A DNA stretch of 64,000 bases, from the NCBI GenBank assembly GCA_029939995.1, contig JAOZRW010000001.1, positions 25,656 to 89,655 on the forward strand. Direction: 5' to 3'. Of the stretch, positions 28,598-40,060 are shown in pieces. The notes under the pieces are model-generated. The model did not search any database, was not told the DNA's origin, and was given only the letters and a program-made list of their open reading frames with translations. How positions within the stretch are numbered: the first letter of the stretch is position 1; the number at the start of each line of letters is the position of its first letter. The stretch is from Acidimicrobiia bacterium (GTDB taxonomy: Bacteria > Actinomycetota > Acidimicrobiia > Spongiisociales > UBA5794). A program made the position numbers and the translations under genes.

Positions 28598-29824
28598 ATG
28601 ACCGAACACACATCCCCCGGACCGGAGAACGTCCAGAAGGTCGGAATCATCGGAGGCGGCCCGATCGCTGCGGGGATCGCCGCGGTCTCCGCCGTCCGGA
28701 CCGGAGCGACCGTCCGGGTGAAGGAGAACGACGATGCCGGCGCCCAACGGCTCCTCGCTCGCGTGTCGAACGAACTCGCGAGACGGATCGAACTCGGCGA
28801 GATGACGGAGACCGAAGCCGGACGAGTAGCGGACCGGGTCTCGGTGACCACCGACTGGTCGGGGTTCGACGACGCGGACCTGATCATCGAGTCCGGCTAC
28901 GAGTCCCTCGACCACAAACGTGCCCTCCTCGCCGAAGCCGGAGCCGCTGCGGGAGAGCACACGGTCCTGGCGTCGAACACCTCGTTCCTGCCGATCGGCG
29001 AGATCGCGGCCGGCGCCGACCGGCCCGAGGCGGTTCTCGGCATGCACTACTTCGCCCCGGCCGAGGTGATGCCGCTGCTCGAGGTCGTCGTGACGGACCG
29101 GACCTCCGACCGGGCAACGGCAACCGCCGTCGCGTTCGGGGAGCGCCAGGGGAAAGCGGTGATCGTCGTCGCGGACACCCCCGGCTTCTACACGACCCGG
29201 CTCCTCGTCACGTACCTCAACGAGGCGTTCTTCCTCCTGAGCGAGGGGGCGTCGGTCGAAGCGATCGACGGGGCCATGGTGCGGTGGGGCTTCTCCGCCG
29301 GGCCGTTCCTGCTGGTCGACGAACTCGGACTCGGCTTCGTCACGCACATCATGCAGACCGCGGTCGACGGATTCGGCGACCGGATCGTCGGACCTCCCGA
29401 CGTGATCGATCGCCTCATCGACGACGATCGGTTGGGACGGGCGAACGGCCGGGGCTTCTACCGGTACGACGAGACGGGGCGGCGCACCGGCTTCGACGAG
29501 GGCATCTACGAAGCCATCGGACTGGGCCCGCGGATCGAACTCGACGAGTCGCTGATGCACTCCCGCACGGCACTGTCGATAATCGACGAGGCGGCCCGGT
29601 GCCTCGAGGAGGGGGTCCTCCGATCGGCGCTCGACGGTGACGTCGGAGCGGTGGCCGGACTCGGCTTCCCGGCATCCAAGGGAGGTCCGTTCTGGTGGGC
29701 CGACCAGGTGAGCGCCGGCGGCATCGTGGAACGGCTCGAGATCTACGCCGCCCTGTACGGTGAACGGTTCGAGCCGGCGCAGATCCTGCGCGACCACGCA
29801 GCGTCGGGCAAGAACCTGAGGTAG
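28598..29824 (+). CDS. 3-hydroxyacyl-CoA dehydrogenase (dehydrogenase-only paralog of the FadB C-terminal part)
   Basis: 408 aa, colinear with FadB residues from VGVLGGG onward: VGIIGGGPIAAGIA, LGMHYFAPAEVMPLLEVV, DTPGFYTTRLL. Confidence 0.85.
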   Translation: MTEHTSPGPENVQKVGIIGGGPIAAGIAAVSAVRTGATVRVKENDDAGAQRLLARVSNELARRIELGEMTETEAGRVADRVSVTTDWSGFDDADLIIESGYESLDHKRALLAEAGAAAGEHTVLASNTSFLPIGEIAAGADRPEAVLGMHYFAPAEVMPLLEVVVTDRTSDRATATAVAFGERQGKAVIVVADTPGFYTTRLLVTYLNEAFFLLSEGASVEAIDGAMVRWGFSAGPFLLVDELGLGFVTHIMQTAVDGFGDRIVGPPDVIDRLIDDDRLGRANGRGFYRYDETGRRTGFDEGIYEAIGLGPRIELDESLMHSRTALSIIDEAARCLEEGVLRSALDGDVGAVAGLGFPASKGGPFWWADQVSAGGIVERLEIYAALYGERFEPAQILRDHAASGKNLR

Positions 29825-29871
29825 CGGGACCGACGATTCCGACCCCCTCCGCCCCCCCCCTGCGGGCGGCA

Positions 29872-30187
29872 CCTCCCCCTGAGCCTCAATCCACGGTTTG
29901 TGGGTGATAGTTTGGTGAGTGTCCCTTGTGGTGTCTGGGATTCCCGAGATTCGGGTTCTTCACGATCCGGGTGAAGTCGCTGAGGGCTCACTTGGACATT
30001 CTCCCCCGGCGACGAAGGAGGTGGGGGAGATGGCCCGAAGGGCCAGAGAGGGCGTCCTCGAACCGCAGGTGACGCCGCTGTGCCCCCCTGCGGCGCGGGG
30101 CGCCGCGTCCCCCCGTCCTTCGGCCGAGGGGACATGTGGAGAGACGCCGATCTCTCCAGAGCCCGTGGATTGAGGCTCAGGGGGAGG
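29872..30187 (+). other. 316-bp hairpin-dense element closed by a perfect 25-bp inverted repeat (MITE-like or structured RNA; class unknown)
   Basis: cctccccctgagcctcaatccacgg (29872-29896) is the exact reverse complement of 30163-30187. At least 7 internal stems of 5-8 bp. It sits between two convergent gene ends. Confidence 0.6.
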
Positions 30188-30215
30188 AAGTGGACCCACC
30201 GGCGGAGCCGCGAAC

Positions 30216-30887
30216 CTACTGGTGGCCTTCGACGAAGCGGCGGACGGACTCGGGGACCTCGATGTCGTCGGCAAGGCGCTGATCCGGCTGCGGGTCGCCG
30301 GCCGCCGTTCTCAGCGGGATCGCCCCCGCCCAGACCGGGAGATCGTAATCGTCGTCCTCGTCGTCGACCTCGCTGCCGCGCACCTTCGCCGAATACTCCT
30401 CGATCGGAACGGCGACGACGAGCGTTCCCTTGTCCTCGTTGCGCTTCATCTCACGGGCCTCGTCCCAACGTCCGGGCAGAACGGCGTTCGTGATCGCCGC
30501 CAGTGCAAGCTCCCGCTCCTCCGGATCGTCGACGACCCGGGCCTCCCCGATCACGAGCGCGGACCGGAATCCGAGCGAACTGTTGAAAGCGGATCTCGCT
30601 ACGACGATCGAGTCGACGAGTGTCACCGCGACGGACACCTCCGCGCCCTTCTTCATGAGTCGCAGCATGCGACTCGCCGGCGAGCCGTGGAAGTAGAGCG
30701 TGTCGCCGACGCGGGCGTGGATCGACGGGATGACGAACGGAGTGCCGTCGTGGACGAAGCCGACGTGACACACGAACGTCCCATCGAGGATCGCGTCGAG
30801 CGTCTCCCGGTCGTAGTCGGCCCGGTCGGGGGACCGCTTCACCGTCGTCCGCTCGGAAGGTCCCTGTGGATAGTTCGTCTTGCCCAT
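30216..30887 (-). CDS. pyridoxamine 5'-phosphate oxidase family (FMN-binding split barrel) protein
   Basis: Start at MGKTNYPQGPSERTTV. ILDGTFVCHVGFVHDGTPFVIPSIHARVGDTLYFHGS is typical of the family. The track ORF to 31916 is an artefactual extension. Confidence 0.8.
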   Translation of the reverse strand: MGKTNYPQGPSERTTVKRSPDRADYDRETLDAILDGTFVCHVGFVHDGTPFVIPSIHARVGDTLYFHGSPASRMLRLMKKGAEVSVAVTLVDSIVVARSAFNSSLGFRSALVIGEARVVDDPEERELALAAITNAVLPGRWDEAREMKRNEDKGTLVVAVPIEEYSAKVRGSEVDDEDDDYDLPVWAGAIPLRTAAGDPQPDQRLADDIEVPESVRRFVEGHQ

Positions 30888-31001
30888 GATGCTCGTCGCC
30901 TCTCTCGAAATTCGTGGACAGCGTAGAACGATTGGATCGGTCAACAGGCATTCGCCGCCGCTCACGATCTGCGTCGACGGTGAGGCCGATAATCTGGCTC
31001 G

Positions 31002-32189
31002 GTGCAGGAACGTCTCTTCACCCGCCCGTTCGTACTCGTGTCGGTGGCCAACTTCTCGAGCGGGATGGCGTACGCCCTGTTCCTCCACTTCTCCGGCTAT
31101 CTGGCCGGCCTCGGGGCGAGCGACACACAGATCGGCTTCATCTACGGGGCGACGGCTGTGGCGTCCATCGCGATGCGCCCACTGCTCGGGACGGTGATGG
31201 ATCGCCACGGCCGCCGGCCCGTGATCCTCATCGGGAACGCCCTCAACGTGGTGTTCATCCTCCTGTACCTGACCGTGTCGGCGATCGGCCCGTGGGTCTA
31301 CGTCGTCAGGATCGGACACGGCGTCGCGGAAGCGATGCTCTTCAGCGCGCTGTTCACCTACGGCACGGACGTGATCCCTGCGTCCCGTCGCACCGAGGGG
31401 ATCGCCCTGTTCGGGGTGTCCGGCCTGCTCCCGATCGGAGTGGCGGGGATCGTCGGCGACGTGGTCCTCTCCATCGCCGGGTTCCGCGAGCTCTTCCTCA
31501 CCGCTGCCGGCTTCGCCTTCGTAACGCTCGCCCTCTCGCTTCCGCTGCCGGAGCGGCGCCCCGAACTGAAGCCCGGCGACTCGCCGCAAGGCTTCTGGAA
31601 GATCGTCGCGACACGCAACCTTCTTCCGGTCTGGTGGATGATCGGCTCGTTCTCGACGGTCCTCACCGCCTACTTCGTCTTCATCCGGCGCTACGTCGAC
31701 GACACCGGGATCGGCAGCGTCGGATTGTTCTTCTCGACGTACGTCGCCGTCGCCATCCTCGAACGGATCTTCCTCGGATGGCTCCCCGACCGGGTCGGTC
31801 GGATGCGGGTGCTCTACCCGTCGTTGGCCGCGCTCGTGGCCGGATTCCTGGTTCTCGCCGGCGCCGGATCCTGGGTGGGTGTCGCGATCGCCGGAGCCCT
31901 GTGCGGGGCCGGCCACGGCTTCACGCTCCCGATCCTCACGGCGATGCTCGTCGATCGTGCCCCCGACACCGATCGGGGATCCGCCATGTCGTTCTTCACG
32001 GCACTGTTCGACGTGGGAACCCTGATCGGCGGCCCGATCCTCGGTGTGATCATCGACAAGGGTGGGTGGGGCCCGATGTACGTGACGGCAGGCGTCGCTC
32101 TCGGCTTCGCCACCGTCATCTTCTGGCGGTGGGACCGGTGGGCGATGCAGGGTGAGAGCGCCGAGCCCGTCCCTAACGCTGCGGCGTGA
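31002..32189 (+). CDS. MFS transporter
   Basis: About 12 predicted TM helices. MFS loop motif MDRHGRRPVILIG. GTG start. Confidence 0.85.
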   Translation: MQERLFTRPFVLVSVANFSSGMAYALFLHFSGYLAGLGASDTQIGFIYGATAVASIAMRPLLGTVMDRHGRRPVILIGNALNVVFILLYLTVSAIGPWVYVVRIGHGVAEAMLFSALFTYGTDVIPASRRTEGIALFGVSGLLPIGVAGIVGDVVLSIAGFRELFLTAAGFAFVTLALSLPLPERRPELKPGDSPQGFWKIVATRNLLPVWWMIGSFSTVLTAYFVFIRRYVDDTGIGSVGLFFSTYVAVAILERIFLGWLPDRVGRMRVLYPSLAALVAGFLVLAGAGSWVGVAIAGALCGAGHGFTLPILTAMLVDRAPDTDRGSAMSFFTALFDVGTLIGGPILGVIIDKGGWGPMYVTAGVALGFATVIFWRWDRWAMQGESAEPVPNAAA

Positions 32190-32647
32190 ATCCGATCATC
32201 GGGATCTTCTCCATCATCGCCGTCCACGACACCTCGGTCTCGTCGTGCGAGACCCCCATCATCTCCTCGAGTTTGGCGGCGGCCTTCGGGTGCTCCCGCT
32301 CGTACGCCTTCATCCGCTCGACGGCCTCGGCCGTGGGAAGGAACCGTTGTGTGACGGGATACCGGTGGCTCCCCAGCCAGATCGCGACGGCGGGGTTCGC
32401 ACGGATGTTCTGATACCAGTCGGCCTTGACGCCCGTTCCCGACGTGACGATGTACTCGTCGTTGTCGCGATCACGGCTCGCGACCTCGAGCGGGGTCTGG
32501 TAGATCTTCCCCGACTTCCGTCCGACGTGCTCGAGCAGGAGGAACCGCGATCCGAAGATGAACCCGAGACGGGCCCGGAAGATCCACTTCGGCAGCTGCA
32601 GGAACCACTTGAAGATCCCCTTCGGCTTCGTGCGAAAGGAGAACGCT

Positions 32648-32655
<8 letters not shown>
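32173..32655 (-). CDS. deazaflavin (F420)-dependent nitroreductase (DDN) family protein
   Basis: [35 protein letters not shown] is typical of the DDN family. The ATG overlaps the gcvP stop by 8 nt. Confidence 0.8.
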
Positions 32656-35566
<2,911 letters not shown>

Positions 35567-35595
35567 CAGTTACTCCTCGGTCGGGCGCGACGGTT

Positions 35596-35776
35596 CGGTC
35601 GCCCCGTCTGTCGGATGACCTGAGAGATTCACCGCGTCGGCGGCTTTCCCCTTCGGTGAGGACCGGGGTCCTGCTCTCCAGAGGTGCCTCGCCCCGCGGT
35701 CCTGGTGCCTGCGAGTTTGCCGGGGTGGTTGCTCCTTCGGCGCGACCTGCGTCGCTCTCCCGCGAGGGTCGGTGGC
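35596..35776 (-). promoter_or_regulatory. tandem glycine riboswitch in gcvP leader
   Basis: The minus-strand RNA shows aptamer 1 GGGAGAGCGACGCAGGUCGCGCCGAAGGAGCAACC and aptamer 2 CUCUGGAGAGCAGGACCCCGGUCCUCACCGAAGGGGAAAGCC..UCUCUCAGGU. A hairpin and GAGGAG precede the ATG. Confidence 0.9.
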
Positions 35777-35865
35777 GGTTCCATGGTACCAGTCGACCAT
35801 CGACTTCGAGAGGCCCTGGTCAGATCCGACGCGAGATGCGACACTTGGGGAAAAGGAGGATCACC

Positions 35866-36312
35866 ATGGTATCCAACGTCCTCGTGGCGGTCGATGGATC
35901 GGACCACTCTGATCGTGCCGTCGCCTTCGCAGCGGAGTTCGCCGTCAAGTACGGCGCCTCGTTGACGATCCTCAACGTCGTGTCGTACGCGTCGACGGTC
36001 CCGCTGTCGCTCGGGGCGTATGCGGAGCTCGAAGGCCTGTACACGGAGTCGCGATCGATCCTCGAGTCCGCCGGTCGGGAGATCGTGGAGCAGGCGGCCG
36101 AGGAGGCGAGGGCGGCCGGTGTCACCAACGTGACCACGCTCGTCGAACTCGGCTCTCCGGCGAAGACGATCTGCGACACGGCCGAGAAGATCTCTGCCGA
36201 CGTCGTCGTGATGGGGCGGCGAGGTCTCGGGGACCTCTCCGGCTTCTTCCTCGGCAGCGTCTCGCACCGGGTCGCGCACACGGCGGACTGCACCGTCATC
36301 ACCGTCAAGTGA
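35866..36312 (+). CDS. universal stress protein (UspA family)
   Basis: VLVAVDGSDHSDRAV..VVMGRRGLGDLSGFFLGSVSHRV. AAAAGGAGGA RBS. Confidence 0.9.
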   Translation: MVSNVLVAVDGSDHSDRAVAFAAEFAVKYGASLTILNVVSYASTVPLSLGAYAELEGLYTESRSILESAGREIVEQAAEEARAAGVTNVTTLVELGSPAKTICDTAEKISADVVVMGRRGLGDLSGFFLGSVSHRVAHTADCTVITVK

Positions 36313-36322
36313 GGAGACACCG

Positions 36323-36511
36323 ATGAGCCCGCTCGCGAATCAGATCGTCTGCATCGAATGCGGCGGCCCGGCCTACCTGCTGACGACCTTCCCACCGGAT
36401 GAGCCCCCGATCGTCGGCGACATAGTCGCCTACCGGTGCGCGGAGTGCGTGGACCGCTTCGATCTGGTCGTCGAGGAGGCGGATCTGGAAGACGACGATC
36501 CCCGTCAGTGA
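36323..36511 (+). CDS. small zinc-ribbon-like protein
   Basis: 62 aa with CIEC..CAEC pairs and an acidic tail. High GC3. GAGGAG RBS 10 nt after the usp stop. Confidence 0.6.
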   Translation: MSPLANQIVCIECGGPAYLLTTFPPDEPPIVGDIVAYRCAECVDRFDLVVEEADLEDDDPRQ

Positions 36512-37959
36512 AGATCGCGGGGCGGGTGAGGGTCGTGAGGAAGATCGAGTCGGCCGATCCGGTAGGTCGCGTACGGGCCCGGGTACAGCAGGTTCGAGAC
36601 CCGTGACGTGTAGATGTCTGCGTACCGCTCGACCTGCCGGGCAAGGAGGCTCTTGTCGGCTCCGGCCCGCATCATCAGCCCCCACGCCTCGTTTCGGAGC
36701 TTCCCCGCCTCGATCGCGAGCGGTGCGATCTGGTCGTCGAGCGCGACGAGCAGGCTCCTCGTCTCGGCGATCGCGGTGTCCGGGTCGTCGACTTCGAACA
36801 TCGGATCGGCGTAGGCGTCCCGGGAACGCAGCGCCGCGAGCCGGAGCGCACTGAGCTGTGCCTCGAGGTGCTCCTTCTGCTTCATGAGAGCTGCAAGACG
36901 CTCCTGGGTGGGGAGGAAGTCCGTCAAGACCCGGATCTCGGACTCGAGTTCCTGCAGGATGAGCGCCGTCCTCCATCGGAGCAACGCCTTCGAGTAGTGC
37001 ACGTCGCCGTACAGGTGGTCTCCCACGTAGAGGATCTCGTCTCCGGAGACGCCCAGGTACTGCTCGACGAGGCGTGCGTTCCCACCGAAGAAGACGCCGC
37101 CGGCTTCGATCGACCCGTGGTGGGGTTGGAGCAGTCCTCGTTCCTCGTCGACGACCTTGTAGAGCGGGTTCGACGAGGTGAAGAACCCGGGTTTCGCCGA
37201 CGAGACGATCACGGTCCCGAAGAGATCCCTCCAGGTCTGCCCCTCCGGCAGATACCGGTCGAACGTGTAGGTCATGATCTGGCTCGCGAAGCTCCATTCG
37301 GAGTTCGTGATCAGCATCAGCCGCTTCCCGGCGTGGCGCTGATCGAGCAGACTCGCGACGATGTCCTCGTCGAGGACGATGAACCGTTCGGGGTCGGCGA
37401 GCACGTCGGCTTTGAGCGAGCCATCGCGATGTGCGGAGTCGATGGCGTCGCGAACCGCTCCGAAGAGCTCCCGGTAACCGATCCCGCTCGGCAGGAGCCC
37501 CTCGTCGAGCAGTTCGACACACTGTATGTAGAGGCTCGCCTCGCTGAGTGAGAACAGGGTGTTCAGGAAGACGTACCGTTCCTCGGCGAGGTCGATGATC
37601 GTCCCCGAATAGGCCCGTCGCAGCTGCCGGTACTCCAGGATGCGGGTCCCGTGGGCGGCGCGAACGATCCAGCCGAATCGACTCGCTTTGACGAGGTTCC
37701 CCAGTTCGAGATCGATCACGAGTCCCCGGCTCACCATCCCGGCGTCGAAGACCAGCTCCTTCACGGGCCACCCCAGCGCTTCGAGCCGGGCTCTGGCGTG
37801 TCCGAACGCGCACTCTTCCCACGCCTCGGCGTTGTACTGGGTCAGCGTGTAGTCCATGTCGTACCCGATCGCCTTGATCTTGCGCATGTTCAGGGTGCGG
37901 TTGGTGAACACCCTTCGCTCGGGGCTCGGGTCGGGGATCGGGATCGGATGGACCGGCAT
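36505..37959 (-). CDS. HAD-IG family (cytosolic 5'-nucleotidase II-like) hydrolase
   Basis: 484 aa. VFTNRTLNMRKIKAIGYDMDYTL (DxDxT), LITNSEW, YVGDHLYGDV and a helical C-terminus match the 5_nucleotid (PF05761-type) architecture. Confidence 0.85.
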   Translation of the reverse strand: MPVHPIPIPDPSPERRVFTNRTLNMRKIKAIGYDMDYTLTQYNAEAWEECAFGHARARLEALGWPVKELVFDAGMVSRGLVIDLELGNLVKASRFGWIVRAAHGTRILEYRQLRRAYSGTIIDLAEERYVFLNTLFSLSEASLYIQCVELLDEGLLPSGIGYRELFGAVRDAIDSAHRDGSLKADVLADPERFIVLDEDIVASLLDQRHAGKRLMLITNSEWSFASQIMTYTFDRYLPEGQTWRDLFGTVIVSSAKPGFFTSSNPLYKVVDEERGLLQPHHGSIEAGGVFFGGNARLVEQYLGVSGDEILYVGDHLYGDVHYSKALLRWRTALILQELESEIRVLTDFLPTQERLAALMKQKEHLEAQLSALRLAALRSRDAYADPMFEVDDPDTAIAETRSLLVALDDQIAPLAIEAGKLRNEAWGLMMRAGADKSLLARQVERYADIYTSRVSNLLYPGPYATYRIGRLDLPHDPHPPRDLH

Positions 37960-38106
37960 GTGCGCAGTCTACGAGAGAGCGCGGTTCCCGACGTTGAGCC
38001 GCGAAAGATTCCCAACTCTGGACCGCTCAGACGTCTCGACGCGTTCGCTGTGATGTGATATTTAACGAACAGAACGATCGGGCACGTTCGAGATCGGGGG
38101 GAGTGC

Positions 38107-38406
38107 ATGGATCCTTTTGGACATCCGGATCTGGTCCGGCTCGGACGCTCCCTCCGTAACCGTCTCGACGACACCCTGGATGCCGAGCAGAGTGCCGCTC
38201 GCGCGGCGGCTCTGCGGCGACGCACCCTCCGGGATCGTCTGCTGGACTCCGAGGATCGCACGGAGTTGCTCGTGCTCTCGACCGCAGACGGGCAGATCCA
38301 CCGGGGAGTCGTCGAGGCCGTCGGCGTCGACCACGTCGTCCTCATCGACGGAGACGTCGAACGGTTCGTCGCGATCGCCCACATCGTGACGATGGAGGTC
38401 CGCTGA
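38107..38406 (+). CDS. hypothetical 99-aa protein, first gene of the Tad operon
   Basis: GGGGGGAG RBS and high GC3. The stop overlaps the cpaB ATG (TGATG). No family recognised. Confidence 0.6.
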   Translation: MDPFGHPDLVRLGRSLRNRLDDTLDAEQSAARAAALRRRTLRDRLLDSEDRTELLVLSTADGQIHRGVVEAVGVDHVVLIDGDVERFVAIAHIVTMEVR

Positions 38407-39020
38407 TGGCGGTCGGAGTGCAGGTCCGGGGCTTGTCGATCCCGCGGCCGGATACGCGGACCCTGCTCGGAATCGGCCTCGCCGCCCTGGCCGCCCTCCT
38501 CGTGTTGTGGATGACGCGCCCCGCGCCCACGGTCCCCGTTCTCGTCGCCGGCTCCGATCTTCCCGCCGGCACACCTCTCTCCGCCCTCGACCTCACCGTC
38601 CGCCACACGTCCGATCCCGACGGCCTGGTGGTCGGGGACGAACCCGGCGAGTTGTCCGACTGGGTTCTCGTCGCGCCGATCGCTTCGGGAGAGCCGCTCC
38701 TGCCGAGCCTTCTCCGCCCTCCGGAGGTGCAATCCGCACCCGATCTCCTTGCGCTGGAAGTCGACGAGTCGCACGCCGTTCTCGGCCGGATCGATCCCGG
38801 GGATCGGGTCGACGTATACGCCTCGACCTCCCGACCGGGCGAACCGGCTGTGACCCGTCTCGTGGCATCGTCCGTCTTCGTCGTCGACTCGACCGTCTCC
38901 GAGTCGTCGGTGAACGGCGGGCAGGTCCAGCTCCTCCTCGCGGTCGACGACGCGCTCGCCGCAGCGCTCACGACGGCGATGAACGAAGGGGATCTCGATC
39001 TCGTGAGGGTCGGAGAGTGA
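38406..39020 (+). CDS. cpaB: Flp pilus assembly protein CpaB/RcpC-like (SAF domain)
   Basis: N-terminal TM LLGIGLAALAALLVLW followed by SAF-like VLVAGSDLPAGTPLSALDL. The operon context fits. Confidence 0.8.
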   Translation: MAVGVQVRGLSIPRPDTRTLLGIGLAALAALLVLWMTRPAPTVPVLVAGSDLPAGTPLSALDLTVRHTSDPDGLVVGDEPGELSDWVLVAPIASGEPLLPSLLRPPEVQSAPDLLALEVDESHAVLGRIDPGDRVDVYASTSRPGEPAVTRLVASSVFVVDSTVSESSVNGGQVQLLLAVDDALAAALTTAMNEGDLDLVRVGE

Positions 39021-40060
39021 GCGTGCGCGTCGCCACCGTTCTCTCGGCGAGGGATTGGGAACCGGGCCTGGTCTCGTACGCCAGGGAGACGGCCGAGTTG
39101 AGGATCGTGTTGCGGGCGTTCCAGCCGCACGAGATCGAGGAGCATGCCCCGGACATCGACGTGGTCGTGGCCGGCGGCGAGGTCTCCTGGGTGACGCCCG
39201 TGCAGATCGCGGCCTGGCAACGAGCCGGTCTGGGCATCCTCGGCATCCATCCTGCGGAGGACGAACCGGCCGCAGCCATGTTCCGCTCGTCGGGAGTCGA
39301 CGAGATCCTTCCCGATACGGCGGACGTGCGCACGATCGTCACGGCCATCCGTTTCATCTCCCCATCGGTATCCCCGGTCGACCGCGAGGGGGCCGGGTCG
39401 GTGACCGCGGTCATCGGCCCCAGAGGAGCACCGGGCACGACGGAGGTCGCCCTGGGACTCGCATGGGAATCGGGCCGCACGTCGTCGACCGTTCTCATCG
39501 ACCTCGACCTGGATGCCCCGTCGGTCGCCATCCGCCTCGGCCTGCCGCCGAGACCCGACATCACCGATGCCGCCGACCAGGTGAGGATGACCGGATCGAT
39601 CAGCGCAGACGTGGAGCATCGAGCCGGGCCGATCACGGTGATCACGGGATCGCACCGCGTCGGCGAGGGACCGACCAGACCCGCCATGATCGACGACCTG
39701 ATCGACGCCGCCACGGTCCGGTTCGATCGGGTCATCGTGGATCTCGGAGCGACGGAGCCCGACGGACCGGTTCTCAAGCGAGCCGATACCGCGATCCTCG
39801 TCGTGGACGCGAGCGCCGTCGGCGTCGTCCGTGCCGCCCATCTCGTCGCCGCGTGGGCCGGACCTCCGCCGATCATCGTCCTCAACCGTGCAGCGGCGAA
39901 GAGTCAGCGCGACGTCGTCGCCGCCACGAAGGAATGGACCGGGATCGAACCGGCAGCCGTCGTTCCCGACCGGGCGGCCATCCGCGCCGCCTCGCTCGCT
40001 GCGAGAGGACCGGACGGCCGCCTGCGACGGTCACTTGCCACGATCGGTCCCCTCCTGTGA
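39017..40060 (+). CDS. TadZ/CpaE-like ParA/MinD-superfamily protein with degenerate Walker A
   Basis: GTG overlaps the cpaB stop (GTGA). A receiver-like N-domain is followed by VTAVIGPRGAPGTTEVALGLA (no P-loop Lys) and DRVIVDLG. Confidence 0.75.
   Translation: MSVRVATVLSARDWEPGLVSYARETAELRIVLRAFQPHEIEEHAPDIDVVVAGGEVSWVTPVQIAAWQRAGLGILGIHPAEDEPAAAMFRSSGVDEILPDTADVRTIVTAIRFISPSVSPVDREGAGSVTAVIGPRGAPGTTEVALGLAWESGRTSSTVLIDLDLDAPSVAIRLGLPPRPDITDAADQVRMTGSISADVEHRAGPITVITGSHRVGEGPTRPAMIDDLIDAATVRFDRVIVDLGATEPDGPVLKRADTAILVVDASAVGVVRAAHLVAAWAGPPPIIVLNRAAAKSQRDVVAATKEWTGIEPAAVVPDRAAIRAASLAARGPDGRLRRSLATIGPLL

Noticed and set aside
27452-29872. 806-aa minus-strand ORF
   Set aside because: It is antisense to fadB and its paralog. 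It is Arg/Gly/Asp-rich low-complexity sequence with no motifs. This is a typical high-GC shadow frame.
29919-30173. 84-aa ORF across the structured element as a normal protein gene
   Set aside because: The ORF has atypical codon usage, a low-complexity Pro/Gly/Ser sequence and no RBS at its GTG. It runs through a series of hairpins. Only the internal SD-preceded 47-codon part is kept, as a low-confidence observation.
29872-30187. Retron msr/msd or IS605-type omega RNA interpretation of the inverted-repeat element
   Set aside because: No reverse transcriptase, TnpB/IscB or transposase gene is adjacent. Both flanking genes are ordinary metabolic genes ending toward the element.
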